Program-made: the position numbers and the translations under genes
Shown: in pieces, positions 38,204-53,520 of the stretch
Numbering within the stretch: the first letter of the stretch is position 1
How the letters are laid out: each line of letters begins with the position of its first letter
NCBI GenBank assembly: GCA_964016885.1
Contig: OZ024763.1
Location: forward strand, 806,001 to 870,000
Direction of reading: 5' to 3'
Source: Eledone cirrhosa
Lineage: Eukaryota
DNA: 64,000 nucleotides
Notes under the pieces: generated by a model
Database searches by the model: none
What the model saw: only the letters and a program-made list of their open reading frames with translations
Told to the model about the DNA's origin: nothing

Positions 38204-38709
38204 TGTTTGTGTGTTTTTGTTTGGCAAATGTCAAGTGATTGACGGGGTGAAGCCGATCGATTAAATTGAACCCATAAAATGACTGGTACTCTATTTTTCT
38301 TCTCTAAAGTTATAAAATTGTAAATTAATATCTACAGGATTTTCACCTAGAACACAAAGGTGGTGTAATATCATTTAAAAATTAGAAATTGCGTTACAAA
38401 TATAAATGTGTTCAGGGCTTAGATGTTCAGTGTGTAACAGGGTTATTGGTATTAAGTAACATAAAATGTCGTTAGGAGTTCAATATTTAGCTGGGGATAT
38501 AGAATTTCTTTAAATTATTTCTTGTACCAGTAGCGAACTGGGATCGAAACCATTATTTTGTTCGGACGAAAGAAATATATAAGCTTAGCGCAATCTAGTT
38601 GGAGTTACGGGACATTACTGCAAAGCACATAACTGTAGGTTGCAATCTCACATTGGTAAATATATAAAAGTGACATTTAACAATTTATTTGTAAGTCGCA
38701 CACAGGATT

Positions 38710-39490
38710 TAGGTATGGCAGATTTGAAATTAGTGAACATTATTGCAGACGAAGTAATTGTAGGTTCAAATCAATACTAGGGCGTTAAGAAATAAAATGA
38801 ATATTTACTTCAGGAAAGACCCTGAATTATGAAAGACAAAGTCGACCCTTTCTAATAACAGCAACACTAAGAAAGGCATGAACGCCACCACTTCAATTAA
38901 TCTTCAAAAATCAAAAGTATGTTTATAAATATTAATTTTTAATATTATTTTGAAGCTGTCTTTGTAGCCTAGTGGGAGGTATGAGAGACGGTGGAGATCC
39001 TGGTCTGGGTTTCGATCTTGGCCAGGATCTATATAAAATAAGGGGGTTTTACTATTTTTTTTCAGCTTTTTTCAATGCAAACGTAAAAAAATCTATGGTA
39101 AAATGAAAAAAAATTTTTATCTACTTTTTTACATTTTTAAAAAGCTGAAAAAAATTAGTAAAACCCCCTTATTTTATATAGATCCTGGCTAAGGTTGAAC
39201 CCCAAACCTCGATCTTCACCGTCTCTAACACCTACCAATAGGCCAACGAGACGGATATAAAAAGATACTGAAAATTAATATATATAAACCTACTTTCTAT
39301 TTTAGAAGCTTAATTGACGTGGTGGTGTTCATGGCTTTCTCAGTCTTTTTAATACCACAAACAAGTCGCCATGGTTTTTACTTTTCTGGAGTTTTCAGAA
39401 AATATATCATGACTTTTATTCTTATCACTAGGTTTATTTCATCCAACGACCAGCTGATATCCAGTGATGTCCTTCAGCTGTCACACCTTA
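38710..39490. repeat. GPCR-X TM6-TM7 inverted pair with palindromic inner spacer
   Basis: Left arm (-) IEVVAFMPFLVLLLLERVDFVF; right arm IDVVVFMAFSVFLI. Confidence 0.75.
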
Positions 39491-40230
39491 GTGAGTAGAT
39501 GGTGGCCTGGAAATATTGTTTCTAAACAGGCAGCTCTTTAAACTTGTGTTGTGTGTGCAATAATGGTATCAGCAACCGATGATGGGATCAGATTCAAGAA
39601 CTCAACGTCAAGTGTATCCTTCCAAACGCGATACGGTAATATATGTTCTTTTTATCAGCTTCGTCTTTTATTTATAAACGTTTATGTAGGTGTGTAGATA
39701 CGTGTACGAATGTGTACCTGTGTAAGTTGTGTGTACATAACTATTTATAATAATGTTGTCCCCCCTCACTTTATTATTACAACTACTACTATTAATAATT
39801 GTAACACTATTATTATTATTATTTTCTCACGTCTCTTATCCTCAACACTTGCTATAGTTTTCCTCTTACATGTGAGATACACGGTTTATTTACTAATCAA
39901 CATTTACTCGAAGATGTAGAGATGTGTGATGGGACATCGAGCGTAATCCTTAGTGTTAACTTGAGGACACCGTACACCTGTGCACCCGTATATATATATA
40001 TGTTTATCCCGGGTTCAATCGGCGGTAACCACAGTAAGTAAGGTACTCATTACATAGCAGATTATAAATACTTAATAAATAATATTTAATATAGAAATGG
40101 CTTCTACAGGACTAGAACTGTTTCATTCGGAAAAAATCATCAGGAAAGCCCTTGGTATCTTCCGAATGAAACCGTTCTAGTCCTGCAGGAGCCACACTTA
40201 CATACCCACACACATGTATATATATGTATA

Positions 40231-40265
<35 letters not shown>

Positions 40266-41140
40266 TCATAAGCCCAATTGTCTATGATGATAAGGTCCCC
40301 CTATCTTTGTATATTTATATGTCGATGTCTATTTCCACAAGGCATTTCTGGTCCTCGATGTTGTCACCGCCTGCTTTACGTAGCATCTTAACTATCTAAT
40401 ATTTATTCAGAGAGGTTCTCCCTTCATATCGCAAATATTCCTTTCTGACTCACTGAAAACTTGTCTTCCATCATCGAGTAAAAGTGATCTACATAAAGGA
40501 TCTGTCTGATGTTGCTATGTATGTATGTAGGGACGTATAGCTTGCGAGAGAGTCTTGGTGACCCCACGTTGATATTCGGGGTGTCTTGGGTATTTTGTAA
40601 AAGCTGACTGATCCCATCTCTACCCTAGATCTGATCACAGGAGATATTTACCAGAGAAGGAGAGAAAGTAGGAGAAAGGAAGTAAGAAAGACATATAGAA
40701 GAAGAATCGACCCCAGTACTACACTGGTACTTCGTTTTATCTACCTCGAATGGTGCTATAGTGGAACATTAACTTTGATGTACCTATATAAGTCATACCT
40801 TTTCTATACGTCTGTCTATGTACAGGTGTGTGTATGTAAGTGTACGTGGCGTTGCAAGTTCGGTTTTCATAAGTATCTCTGTGAAATTTTAACAAGAGCA
40901 AGCATGTGTCCTGATGGTTAGTCAATCGTTTTTAAGCTGGTATATGGTATGTGTTTTTAATATGTATATATATTTACATAGAAGTGAGTAAATATGAATG
41001 TATGGGTATGTATATACATATATAGACAGTCAATCGACCTTCGTCAGATCGGACCGACGAAACAATGTTTCCACTGGTCTTTCCAATTGCTAATACTATC
41101 TATCGGTCGAAACTCCAAGTTGAAATAAATAAATAAATTA

Positions 41141-41180
<40 letters not shown>

Positions 41181-41341
41181 TAAAATATATATATAATAAA
41201 ACAAGGACGAATGGGTACACCTTCATTACGTTTATTGGTTCGTGGCGCGCGTTTCGCTATTCATCAGCTTAAGGTTCGTTCTGTATCGATCTAGCCCGAC
41301 TCTGTAATCAATAACTAGTATATATATGTGTGTATGTATAT

Positions 41342-42200
41342 ATGAAATCGCCCATGGGACACCCTGGTGTAATCTAAATACACAGAGTGTGGGGTTATCT
41401 GTTTTTAAATGATTACCCCCTCCTCATATTCCCTTGTTTATATACTGTATTGTAATACATGGCAACCTTAATACTTAATAATATCGAGATGAAAATATAA
41501 ATGTTAATACAGTATTCCAGAAGTAAAATAGAGATCTAATGAGAGGAGGTGAGTATTATAACTTTTATAAGAAATAAAGATCTAAAGACGAGTGAAAACT
41601 TTCATCAACGAAATCGTAATGTACACCAACGAAAATATGTCTACAGAATACAGATTAGTAAAATAAAGTTAGAGCAAATAAATGAGAGGTCACTTAACTT
41701 TACATATTTAGTTTTATTTATATCGTGAAAAATGTTGATCTTCAGATATTAAATTGTGGATGTGATTGTCTTTGTCTTTACGTGTTTGTTGGAAATCCTT
41801 TTATAATGTTTGTCTTTCTTTAAACATTGTCTTTTTAAAAAATTAATTTTAGATTATTCGTACCTCATCTCTGGTCTCTTTTGATGGAGTCTACCTGTCC
41901 TGTTTATTGGTTTTATTTTAAAAGTAATCCATTGGAACATCAGATATTAAATGAAATGTTACGTAAAAGACACACCATATGTTTATTCCAGGTATTTAGA
42001 GAGATGTCCACTGACAACAAAATAAGGAAATGCCATCATCCAGTAAAACTTGGTAATAATCCAGTCTAGTCACAGTCACCATTTACAGTAAACAATGGTA
42101 AGAACAAACAAAAACAAGAGAACTATTCAGCAGTTAATGAAGTGAATACATAAAATAAAATAAAAACATTCCTGAATAAAATAAATTTTTTACTTTCATT
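41342..42200 (-). pseudogene. GPCR type Y pseudogene (Y8, twin of Y2, no SINE)
   Basis: DR* at 41891-41899; NPTLC retained near 41381-41395. Confidence 0.72.
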
Positions 42201-42339
42201 AAATTGTTTCTTTACTTTCTTTTATAAAACACACTTATTAATAGAAATTAAGCACAGCATTGTAGGTTCAAATCTTACTTGCATGTATATATAGGAACCA
42301 CGTTTAACAATTTACGGGTACAACGTACTAAGCTGGAAT

Positions 42340-43290
42340 GAGGTATGACATTATTGCAGACGGAGTTGTTGTAGGTTCAAATCAAGCCTAGAGCAATGAG
42401 AAATAAAGTCTAGATTTACTTTATGAATTCAAGGACGTCCCGAAAAAGCCATGAATGCCACTACATCGAGTTTTCAACCGAACAAAATGTAGTTTTATAA
42501 ATATTAATTTTCACTACGAATTCGTACATTCTCTCTGGCCCAGTGGTATGTATTAGAAACGGTGAAATCCTGGTCTAGGGTTCAATCTCTATCTGGTTCT
42601 ACACTATGGGTATTATTAAGTTTTAGTTTACCTCTTCTAAAATAAAAACCATTAAAAAGTAAGTTTATAAATATTAATTTTCATTACGATTTCATAACCG
42701 TCTCAGTGGTCTAGTGGTAGACATTAGAGACAGTGGTGATATTGATTAGGGGTTCGATCTCTGTCAGGTGTACATGAAAACCATGTACAGAAATTTTGTT
42801 TTTATAAAAAATTGAAAAAGTAGGTTTATAAATATTAATTTTCACTAAGGTTTATAACCGCCTCCGTAGACTAGTGGTAAGTATTAGAGGTGATGGAGAT
42901 GCCGGTCTGGGGTTCGATCTCAATCAGATTCCTGCAACCTCTATTTTCGTTCATTTTATGAAAAATTAAAAAAAATTAAATTTCTCGAGAGATTCCTGAC
43001 TGAGATTGAACCCCAGACCAGCATCACCACTGTCCCAACACCTACCAATAGGCTACCGCGACAACTACAAAATTACTATCAAAATTAAAATTTATAAACC
43101 TACTTTCTATTTAAAAGAAAAATTGATGTAGTGGCCTTCATGGCTTTCCCAATGATATTAATTCAAAATGGTTCACTTTCATCTTTATTCTTCGCGAGCT
43201 TCCGTAAAATATACCTTATCATTTCTCTAGCGTTGATTTCATCCTACAACCTGATGATCTGCAGGGACATTCATCAATGGTCATACCCGA
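42340..43290. repeat. GPCR-X TM6-TM7 inverted pair with three tandem tRNA-like units on +
   Basis: Units at ~42528, ~42700 and ~42860 (+) and ~42995-43063 (-); ORF 43131-43403 AFMAFPMILI..FRKIYLIISLALISSYNLMIC. Confidence 0.72.
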
Positions 43291-43419
43291 TTATATATAT
43301 ATATATATGTGTATGTGTGTGTGTTATATTTGATCCTGCAATGTTGTGCTCAGCAATAATGGTTTTCAATTCCGTCTTCCCTCCATCCTTGGTGTGTATA
43401 TAAATCTATATATGTGATT

Positions 43420-43993
43420 TCAACGTACAACGACAATATATACATCATTTTTGTTTGATAATAATTAGATAAAACTAATTCTACAACCCCTCATAAACAT
43501 TGAAACCACGACTATAAAATATAACAACAACCACGACATAACAGCTTTGGTTAAATATAATTTAATTAAATTATTGCTAGAGATTGATCCTTAATATTTC
43601 TTCTCACTCCTTAACCAGAGAGAAAATGTCCTCGGACTCGGACAATATTGATAAGGAGAGAGTGTATCCATACTTGGAAAGTCGTTCCAGTTAACATGGT
43701 ATATAAAAGGCAGTAAGAGGTGACTTGTTACTCCTACGAACGACATTGTCAGTTAGCCTTCTATAGCGAGGGAAGAAGGCTGTGTGTGTTTTCTCCTATC
43801 ACATAACACATACATTTGTCATTCATTAGATATCAATATAGAAGAGAAAGAAAAAATTGAGAGCTTCACTCTTTTAAAAGTAACATTTATTACATTAGAG
43901 CAAAATCATGAATTAACGATAGTTTGTGACACTAAACATGGAAACACTGCGAACAATTTTGAGACAAGCTAATTACTATGAGGACAAATCTTC
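43420..43993 (-). pseudogene. GPCR type X pseudogene (X7, twin of X3)
   Basis: Near-identical to 9830-10405. Confidence 0.6.
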
Positions 43994-46900
43994 AACGCCA
44001 AGATATTTTTAAAGAAAACTGAAATGAGAAATTGATTGAAATGGAATAATTATTGAGACACCTTACACTATTTTTCGGGATATGTCTTACGTTATTTTGA
44101 AGAAATAAATGTTTCGAGAAAGAGTTAATAAGAAGCTATATATATATACATTGCTTATATATATATATATACTTTAATTATTATATTTGTACAACGAAGT
44201 TATAAAAAGGAAGCATGATTTGGTATCGAATGTGGAGCAAAAAACGAGCTTCTTATACCCCTCACAGAAGAATAGTGAATATGTATGAATATGAATTGAA
44301 AGATGGCTAACCATGGTGAAGCAAAAAAGGGAGACGGATAATAGAAATAATAAAACATTCTGTTCCCTAGTTAATTGCTGAAAAATCTAAAACTCTAGAT
44401 GAATATGTATGATACCACTGAGAAAATTGTCAACCGACATCTGTAAAAACGGTGAGGCTCTTGAAGCAACCAAGAGAAGAAGAAAACAGAAAACACTATA
44501 ATTATTTAAGGATCTATCTTGTGAAAGAAATGTGAACTTTTGTAAATTTAGAGGAGATAAATCTTAGGGGAGCAGGATAAAAATATAAAGACTATTTAAA
44601 TATTAGTACACTATTCGATATAAATGTCAAGACTTGAAAATATCAACATTAGTTCACTATACCAAGGACAAACACTTAGAATTACAACTTTGGAGGAGAT
44701 TAATCAAACGAGTGACATGATAGAAATATTTAAAATAATGAAAGCACTTCAAAATACAGAATTGGGGAAGAAAATGAAAATTAATAGATATATAAACCTA
44801 CTTTCTATTTTCGAAGCTTAATTGACGTGGTGGCGTTCATACCTTTCTCAGTCTTATTAATACCGCAAAGGTGTCGACATGTCTTTTACTATTCTGTAGT
44901 TTTCAGAAAATATATCATGATTTTATTTTTATCTCTTTAGGTTTAATTTGATGCTATAACCACCTGATGTCCTTCAACTGTCATACCTCAGTGTCTAGAT
45001 GGTGGCCTGGCTTGATGGTTTCTAAACAGATAGCCCTTTAAACTTGTGTTGCGTATGCAATAATCGTATCAGCAAATGATGATGGGACCATGTTGAAGCA
45101 ACGTTATGTGCATCCTTCCAAATTCGATATGGTAAGCTATGTTCTTTTTATCAGCTTCGGCTTTTATTTATAAACGTTTATGTACGTACGAGTCTAGATA
45201 AGCGTACGTATGTATACCTGTTTAAGCTTGTGTGTATATAAGTATTTATAATAATTGTTTCTACGTTTGGCACAAGGCCAGCAATTACCCAGTGCATTAC
45301 TGGTACTTTATTTTATCGAGCCTGTAAGGATGAAAGGCAAAGTTAACCTCGGCGGGATTTGAACTCAGTATGGCAAGGGCCGTAACTCTATACGTCAAAG
45401 CATGGCGTCCGACCCTCTACTGATACTGCCAATCCACCGCCCTCTAAACAACGCCTTTCATCCTTACGGGGTCGATAAAACAAAGTACCAGTAATGTACT
45501 GAGTAATTGCTGGCCTTGTGCCTAAAGTAGAAACAATTATAAGTATTTATAATAATGTTGTCCTCCCCACTTTATTGTGACAACTACTACTATTAATAAT
45601 TTTAACAATATTTTTATTATTAATTCCACACGTCTCTTATCCTCAACACTTGCTATGGCTTTCCCTCTTACATGTGATATATACTTACTATATATTTACT
45701 AATCAACATTTAATGGAAGGTGTAGAGATGTGTGACGGGACATCTGGCGGAATCCTTAGTGGCGACATGAGAACTCCGTACACCTGTGCACCCGTATATA
45801 TTTATATGTGTGTGAGTGTGTGTGTTCATAAGCCCAAATGTCTATGATTATAAGGTAACCCTATGTGTGTTATGTCGATGTCCATTTCCACATGGCATCT
45901 CTGGTCTTCGATGTTGTCGCCGCCTGCTTTACGTAGCATCTGAACTATCTAATATTTATTCAGAGAGGTTCTCCCGTCATATCGCAAATATTCCTTTCTG
46001 ACTCACGGAATACTTGTCTAGCATTATCGAGTGAAAGATATAAAAGATATCTCTGATGTTTCTATGTATGTATGTAGGGACCTACAACTTGTGAGGGAGT
46101 TGTAGAGGTCCCACATTGACATTCGGGGTGTTCGGGGCATTTTGTATAAGGTGACAGATCCGATCTCTACCCCAGATAGGTTATGTTTTCCTGAGACGGA
46201 TATAGTGAGAGAAAGGAATTAAGAAAGAGATATAGAAGAATTGACCCCAGTACTACACTGCTACTTCGTTCTAACTACCTCGAATGTTCAATATTGGAAC
46301 AAAATCTTTGATGTACTTATATAAGTCAGACCAGTTCTATTTGTGTGTTTATGTACATATCTGTTTCCGTCAGTGTACGTAGAGTAGCAAGTTCGGTTTT
46401 CACACGAGCAAGCAAAGCATGTGTCCTGATGGTTTGTCAATCGTTATTATGCTGGTATATATGTGTTTTTAATATATATGTATGAGTATTTGCATAGAAG
46501 TGTTTATGCATGTATGTGTGTATATATATATATATATATATTAAAGAGAAGATATGTATCATAAGAAAAGAGGAGACAAAAAGTGTGGTACAGTATACTA
46601 GACGCCAATAGCCGAAGCGAGGTGTGCTCAATGCTTAAGGTGCAGAGTTAAATATTAAAGAAGGGTTATTATTTAATGAATATATATGTGTACGTATATA
46701 TGAAATCGCCCAGGTTGGGAAACCCTGGGGTAAGCTAAATAAAGATGGAGTTGAGAGATCAGTTTTTAAATAATTATCCCTTCCCAACTTCCCCTTGTCT
46801 GTAGACTGTATTCTAAATATTATATAACAACCTTAATACTTAATAATATAGATATGAAAATATAAATGTTAATACAGTATTCCAGAAGTAAAATATAGAT

Positions 46901-48180
46901 CTAATGGGAAGAGGTGAGATTAAAGGTAAATGACACCTCTGATTTGCAATATTTTTATTGTATTGTTGTATCTAAGTATTATAGATGATTTAAATTTTAT
47001 TTTGTATAAAAAGAAATATCATTGTTTCTACTTTTGGCACAAGGCCAGCAATTATCCCAGTGCATGACTGGTACTTTATTTTATCGACGCCGTAAGGATG
47101 AAAGGTAAAGTTAACCTCAGCGGGATTTGAACTCAGAGCGTAAAGGGCCGTGACTCTATGCTGCAAAGCATGGTGTCCGACTCTCTACTGATACTGCCAA
47201 TCTACTGCCCTTAAAATTGTATTATATTTCTTATAAAAAGAAATATAATACAATATTTACAGAACGAAAGCAAAAAACAAATATATAATATAATATAATA
47301 TATAAAGGAAAGGGAAAGGAAAAACAAAAGAAAAAAAAACACAGAAGCTAGATGTTTCGACAGCTAGATCCGAACTAATTTGTTTGCAACGTTTTTTAAT
47401 ATGAAATCGTATGTCGAAACAAATTATATTTGGGAAGGGTCATATTGTTATAGTATTGCCAGAAATATATAATAAAACAGTTTGGGTTGGGTTGGTTTTG
47501 GCTTCTGTATATTCTACATCCCGATAGTTAATTTAGCTGGCAATCAATGTTTATCATTGATTGACCAACTGTTTATATATATATATATATATTTATTTAT
47601 AGTCTGAATTCTTTCATCACACACTTGTGACATCATCAGTGATATTATTGTTTCCTCCCGTTGTATTGTAATGTTTACTTAGTCAATTGTTTATTTATTT
47701 GTCTCGATTTCCGAATGTGTTTATAGGCGCGTTTTCTGTTTGGTTTGTGTTCGTGTTTGTATTCTATCTTTGGTCACTAGTGTGTATTTGTATGGTTGTT
47801 GTTGTTCCATTCAAGTTTTCTGTTCTACTTCGGTTTTCTTGGTTCTATTTCAGTTGCTTCCCTAATTCAGGGATTTTATAGTAGATCCTGGCTTTTCTAC
47901 CACTTTAATCTTTCTTATGGCCTTTGATTGGTTGTTGTACCATCATTACAATACAACAGGAAGAAACAATAGTATCACTGATCTCACAGGTGTGTGACGA
48001 AAGAACTCTGGGAGACTATGTATATATATATAAAACTGTTGGTCAATCAATAAAACATTGATTGCTAGTTAAATTAACTATAGGGATAGATATAAAATAT
48101 ATGGAAGTGAAATCCAACCCAAACCAAAAAGTGAGTTTTATTATTTCTGGCAATATAATAATATCCCCCACCCCTATATA

Positions 48181-48219
<39 letters not shown>

Positions 48220-48262
48220 GTGGGGATATTATTATATTTCCAGAAATAATAAAACTCACTTT

Positions 48263-48339
<77 letters not shown>

Positions 48340-48877
48340 ATAATAATAAATTTGAAGACTAAAATCCAAAGAGGGCTCGATAAGGATAAATATATATCAA
48401 ATATATAAGAACCGTAGAGCAAATATTTATTAAAATAACAGATCCCGTTAAGGGTGAAAGCAGCGATTCTTTGCTTAAACTTTAATCTGTTATTTTAATA
48501 AATATATATATATATATTTGTGTATGTATATGTATTCCCCATTTCTCTTTTTCTATTTATCATCTATTTATTTTTGAAATAACTTTTTATAGTAATGGGC
48601 TAGAATGGTTTGACGTTGTACCTCTGTAGTTAGACGACTTAGATTTTCCATGCATTATGGCGTGAAACGACTGAGAGTACAAGACTCCACCCTGGACAGG
48701 GCGCCAGTCCATCGCAGGGTTAAACCCCCATCTATTGTTGGTACTCATTTTCAGCTGAGTTTACTGGAGCAACGTGAAATGAAGTGTTTTGCTCAAGAAC
48801 ACAACACAGAACCCAGGAATCGAACCCACGATGTTATGATTGTAAGTCCAAGACCCTTACCACTAGGCCACGTGCCT

Positions 48878-48958
<81 letters not shown>

Positions 48959-50192
48959 ACCCTTCTACAACTGCACGCATACTGATATCCCCCCCTGTTC
49001 AAAAGCCCCCACACTATCTCCATGTTAGCCCCCCACACACACTCTCGCCATGTTTTCCCCCCCCCCCGCCCCGCCCACACTCGATCGCCATGTTTGCACC
49101 CCCCACCACACTCTCGCCATGTTAACCCCCACCCCCACCACCACCGCACTCTTCATGTTAGCCCCCCACATACACACACACCACACTCTTCATGTTAGCC
49201 ATATTACCTCCACATTGTTGATGTTATCCCTATATTCTCTAAATTAACCCCCACGCAAAAAATTACCCCCCTACTCACACACACACTGTTCATATAACAA
49301 ATATTGTTTTAATTTTGTAGTGACCCAGTCCCGTCCTGGCAACCTTACAGAAGAAGGGGACGTCATTGTTCTGGCTGACCACACCAATACCCACCCATTT
49401 GCTCTGTGTCAACATAAACGTAAATATTATCTCTGAGATTGGTTTGGCTGTCTACCATCTCCAGTTTAAACTGACCGGAGATGGTAAACAACACTGTATA
49501 TCTATGGTAAGTATTGATGGTTTATATTAAAGCTGTGTATATGTATGTTTCTGTGTGTGTTTGTGTGTATTTAACACTTTAGCATTCACATTACTCTATA
49601 TCTTCTATTGTATTTTCACAGTAAAGATTTGATCTCACATAATTATTCACATCGAATCTGAGATTTTGATATTATTTACTTTGAAAACAATACCTTAACA
49701 TCAGTATGTGTGGCAAGTTACGGTCGGTTTGAACAGAAAGAGGTGAGAGAATTCTGGCCAGATATGGCCGGTTTAAATGCCAAAGGGTTAAACATGCGTA
49801 TGTGTTCTCTCTTTCTCTCTCTCTCTTTCTCTTTCTCTCTCTCTCCCGGTCTCTGTCTCTCTCTCTCCCGGTCTCTGTCTCTCTCTCTGATGAGATGGGC
49901 TCCACCAGGTTTATAAATGCCCAAGGCACACTCTACATCTCTATGGCGCCCCGACTCCTCCAAGAGTTGGGGTACACACACACACACACACATGTGCAAG
50001 GAGAAGGGAGAGAGAACGTGAGATGGGAGACACACATACATGTATGTGTCTCTCCCATCTCAGGTTCTCTCTCTCTTCTACTTACACACAGACACGCACG
50101 CGCACACACACAGTCTACAGTCAACACACACACACAATCTACATTCTCCCTCCCTTCCTTCCCTCAGCCACAATAACCTTCCACCACAAATA

Positions 50193-50273
50193 CAGGGTGA
50201 CCCCCCAAAAAATGCATACACATATTTATAAGAATATTGTTGAAGCGTGTATACATTTTGGGGGGACACCCTG
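50193..50273. mobile_element. 81-bp Tc1/mariner-type MITE
   Basis: TA|CAGGGTGaccccccaaaaaatgcatacac ... gtgtatacattttggggggaCACCCTG|TA. Confidence 0.88.
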
Positions 50274-50579
50274 TATATGATACATAAACTAAATAAATAA
50301 AACTCATAAATTAACCTTCTGACCCCTGGTGGTATTTCTTTCTTAGTAGGAGGAAACAACTGGTCACTACCAAATAGAAATTTATGTGCCAGAGGGAAGG
50401 AGTGATGCTATTGATCAAACACAAGCCAGGAGTATCATTTGCCTCTCTCCTGTACTGAAGGAGTCTACCAGTTTGATGTTTATACCAACAGGTTTGTTAT
50501 ATCTATATTATCTATACATATTAGTATATTGGTCAAGTAGTATATTTGATTCTTATATATATATATATATATCTTTTCA

Positions 50580-51040
50580 TCCGTCTGAGTTTTCCTGCTT
50601 GCAAGGGTGGGACGGGTCCTATTCAGCACAGCATCTCTCCATCGTCGCTGTCCTTCGTCGTCATCTGTGAGTTTCAGCGATCTGAGGTCAGCTCTCACCA
50701 CTCCCGCCCATGATTTTCGTGGTCTTCCTCTACTGCATCTTCCTTCTACTGGGATTTCTTGGCACTTCTTTACCCAGCGGTCATCCTCCATGCGCATCAC
50801 ATGTCCATACCATCGCAGTCTTCTCTCCTGCACACCACAACTTATCCCTCTTATACCCAGTTTCTTTTTCAACTCGTCTATACTTGGTCGTTCACACACA
50901 CTGACATTGCACATCCAACGGAGCATGCTTGATTCATTTCTCTCCAGCCGTCGCATATCCTCCGCAGTTGCTACCCATCTCACACAGGCATCATATAACT
51001 GGCTTTTCGTTCGTAGGGAGAAACCCTTTGTCAACAGAAT
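50580..51040 (-). mobile_element. RTE-clade LINE 3' fragment
   Basis: LYDACVR..RRLERNESSMLRWMC..QERRLRWYGHVMRM..EGRCSRGRPRKSW, characteristic RTE ORF C-terminus. Confidence 0.92.
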
Positions 51041-51225
51041 GATATAGAAATGACTTCTACAGGACTAGAACTTTCATTTCAAGGAAATCGGGGCTTTCCT
51101 GATGATTTCCTTCGAATGAAATATTTCTAGTCCTGTAGATGTTATTTCTATATTATATTTTGTATATACTCTACTAATGTATTGAGTACTTTACCTATTG
51201 TGGTTTCCCCCTCGATTGAACCAGA

Positions 51226-51344
<119 letters not shown>

Positions 51345-51881
51345 TATATATATATATATATATATATATATAATCACAATTTAATGTCCATTTTTCTACG
51401 CTAGCATGGGTTAGACGAGTTGTCCTATTGTGGGCAATGCCAGGTCAGGTGACCATGTCTTGCTCATACAGAACTGATCTTGGCTTCGCTTTAACAGCTG
51501 GAAGCCTTTCAAAACGCTAACCTCATTTACAGTGAGTACTGTTTATTTTGTATGTCGTGACCCCTACACCTTGGTCAAAATCAGTGACTCCTACACCTTG
51601 GTCGGAGCAGTGATCTCTAGTTTTCTTTCAAACTATATTTTTTTTCTTAAATTTAATTAAAAGAAATTTTATTAGATTTAGTTTCGGATAATTCTGTTTA
51701 CATAAATAGCAAATCTTTTGATAATTTATGTAAAGTAAATATTGTATATACTTGTATATATGTCGATAAATGTGACAAAATATTGATGGTAAAATAGGGA
51801 GGAGGACTTGTCTTCGAGGTAAATATTTTGATTTCACCAACTTAAAAATTATATGTAAATGAGGTGCTAAAATATTTTCGC

Positions 51882-53520
51882 TTTGGAGATGAATGTTGCA
51901 CCAGTTTCACTTTGGAGGTGAATATTACACCAGTTTCACTTTGGAGGTGAATATTACACCAGTTTCACTTTGGAATATTACACCAGTTTCACTTTGGAAT
52001 ATTACACGTTTCACTTTGTAGGTGAATATATTACACCAGTTTCACTTTGCAGGTGAATATATTACACCAGTTTTACTTTCGATGTGGATATATTACACCA
52101 GTTTCACTTTGCAGGTGAATATATTACACCAGTTTCACTTTGCAGGTGAATATATTACACCAGTTTCACTTTGCAGGTGAATATATTACACCAGTTTTAC
52201 TTTGCAGGTGAATATATTACACCAGTTTTACTTTGCAGGTGAATATATTACACCAGTTTTACTTAGGTGAATATTACACCAGTTTTACTTTGGAATATTA
52301 CACCAGTTTTACTTTGGAATATTACACCAGTTTCACTTTGGTGGTGAATATATTACACCAGTTTCACTTTGGAATATTACACCAGTTTCACTTTGGTATA
52401 TTACACCAGTTTCACTTTGGAATATTACACCAGTTTCACTTTGGAATATTGCACCAGTTTCACTTTGCAGGTGAATATATTACACCAGTTTCACTTTGGT
52501 GGTGGATATTACACCAGTTTCACTTTGGAATATTACACCAGTTTCACTTTGGAATATTACGTTTCACTTTGTAGGTGAATATATTACACCAGTTTCACTT
52601 TGCAGGTGAATATATTACACCAGTTTTACTTTCGATGTGGATATATTACACCAGTTTCACTTTGCAGGTGAATATATTACACCAGTTTCACTTTGCAGGT
52701 GAATATATTACACCAGTTTCACTTTGCAGGTGAATATATTACACCAGTTTTACTTTGCAGGTGAATATATTACACCAGTTTTACTTTGCAGGTGAATATA
52801 TTACACCAGTTTTACTTAGGTGAATATTACACCAGTTTCACTTTGGAATATTACACCAGTTTTACTTTGGAATATTACACCAGTTTTACTTTGGAATATT
52901 ACACCAGTTTTACTTTGGAATATTACACCAGTTTCACTTTGGAATATTACACCAGTTTACACTTTGGAGGTGAATATTACACCAGTTTCACTTTGGAATA
53001 TTACACCATTTTACACTTTGGAGGTGAATATTACACCGGTTTCACTTGAGAATATTACACCAGTTTCACTTTGGAATATTATACCACTTTCACTTTGGTG
53101 GTGGATATATTACACCAGTTTCACTTTGGAGGTGTATATTACACCAGTTTCACTTTGGAATATTACACCAGTTTCACTTTGGAATATTACACCAGTTTCA
53201 CTTTGTAGGTGAATACTGCACCAGTTTCACATTGGAGGTGGATATATTACACCAGTTTCACTTTTGATGTGGATATATTACACCAGTTTCACTTTGCAGG
53301 TGAATATATTACACCAGTTTACACTTTGGAGGTGAATATGACACCATTTTACACTTTGGAGGTGAATATTACACCAGTTTCACTTTGGAATATTACACCA
53401 GTTTCACTTTGGTATATTACACCAGTTTCACTTTGGAATATTACACCAGTTTCACTTTGGAATATTGCACCAGTTTCACTTTGGTGGTGGATATATTACA
53501 CCGGTTTCACTTTGGAGGTG
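51882..53520 (+). repeat. 24-31 bp minisatellite, copy 2
   Basis: Same core as 16970-17977; contains a higher-order repeat (~52005-52280 repeated at ~52560-52835). Confidence 0.97.

Noticed and set aside
40290-40480. Old RTE-like fossil on minus (IR*LRCY..), six copies
   Set aside because: Resemblance is too eroded to call by eye.
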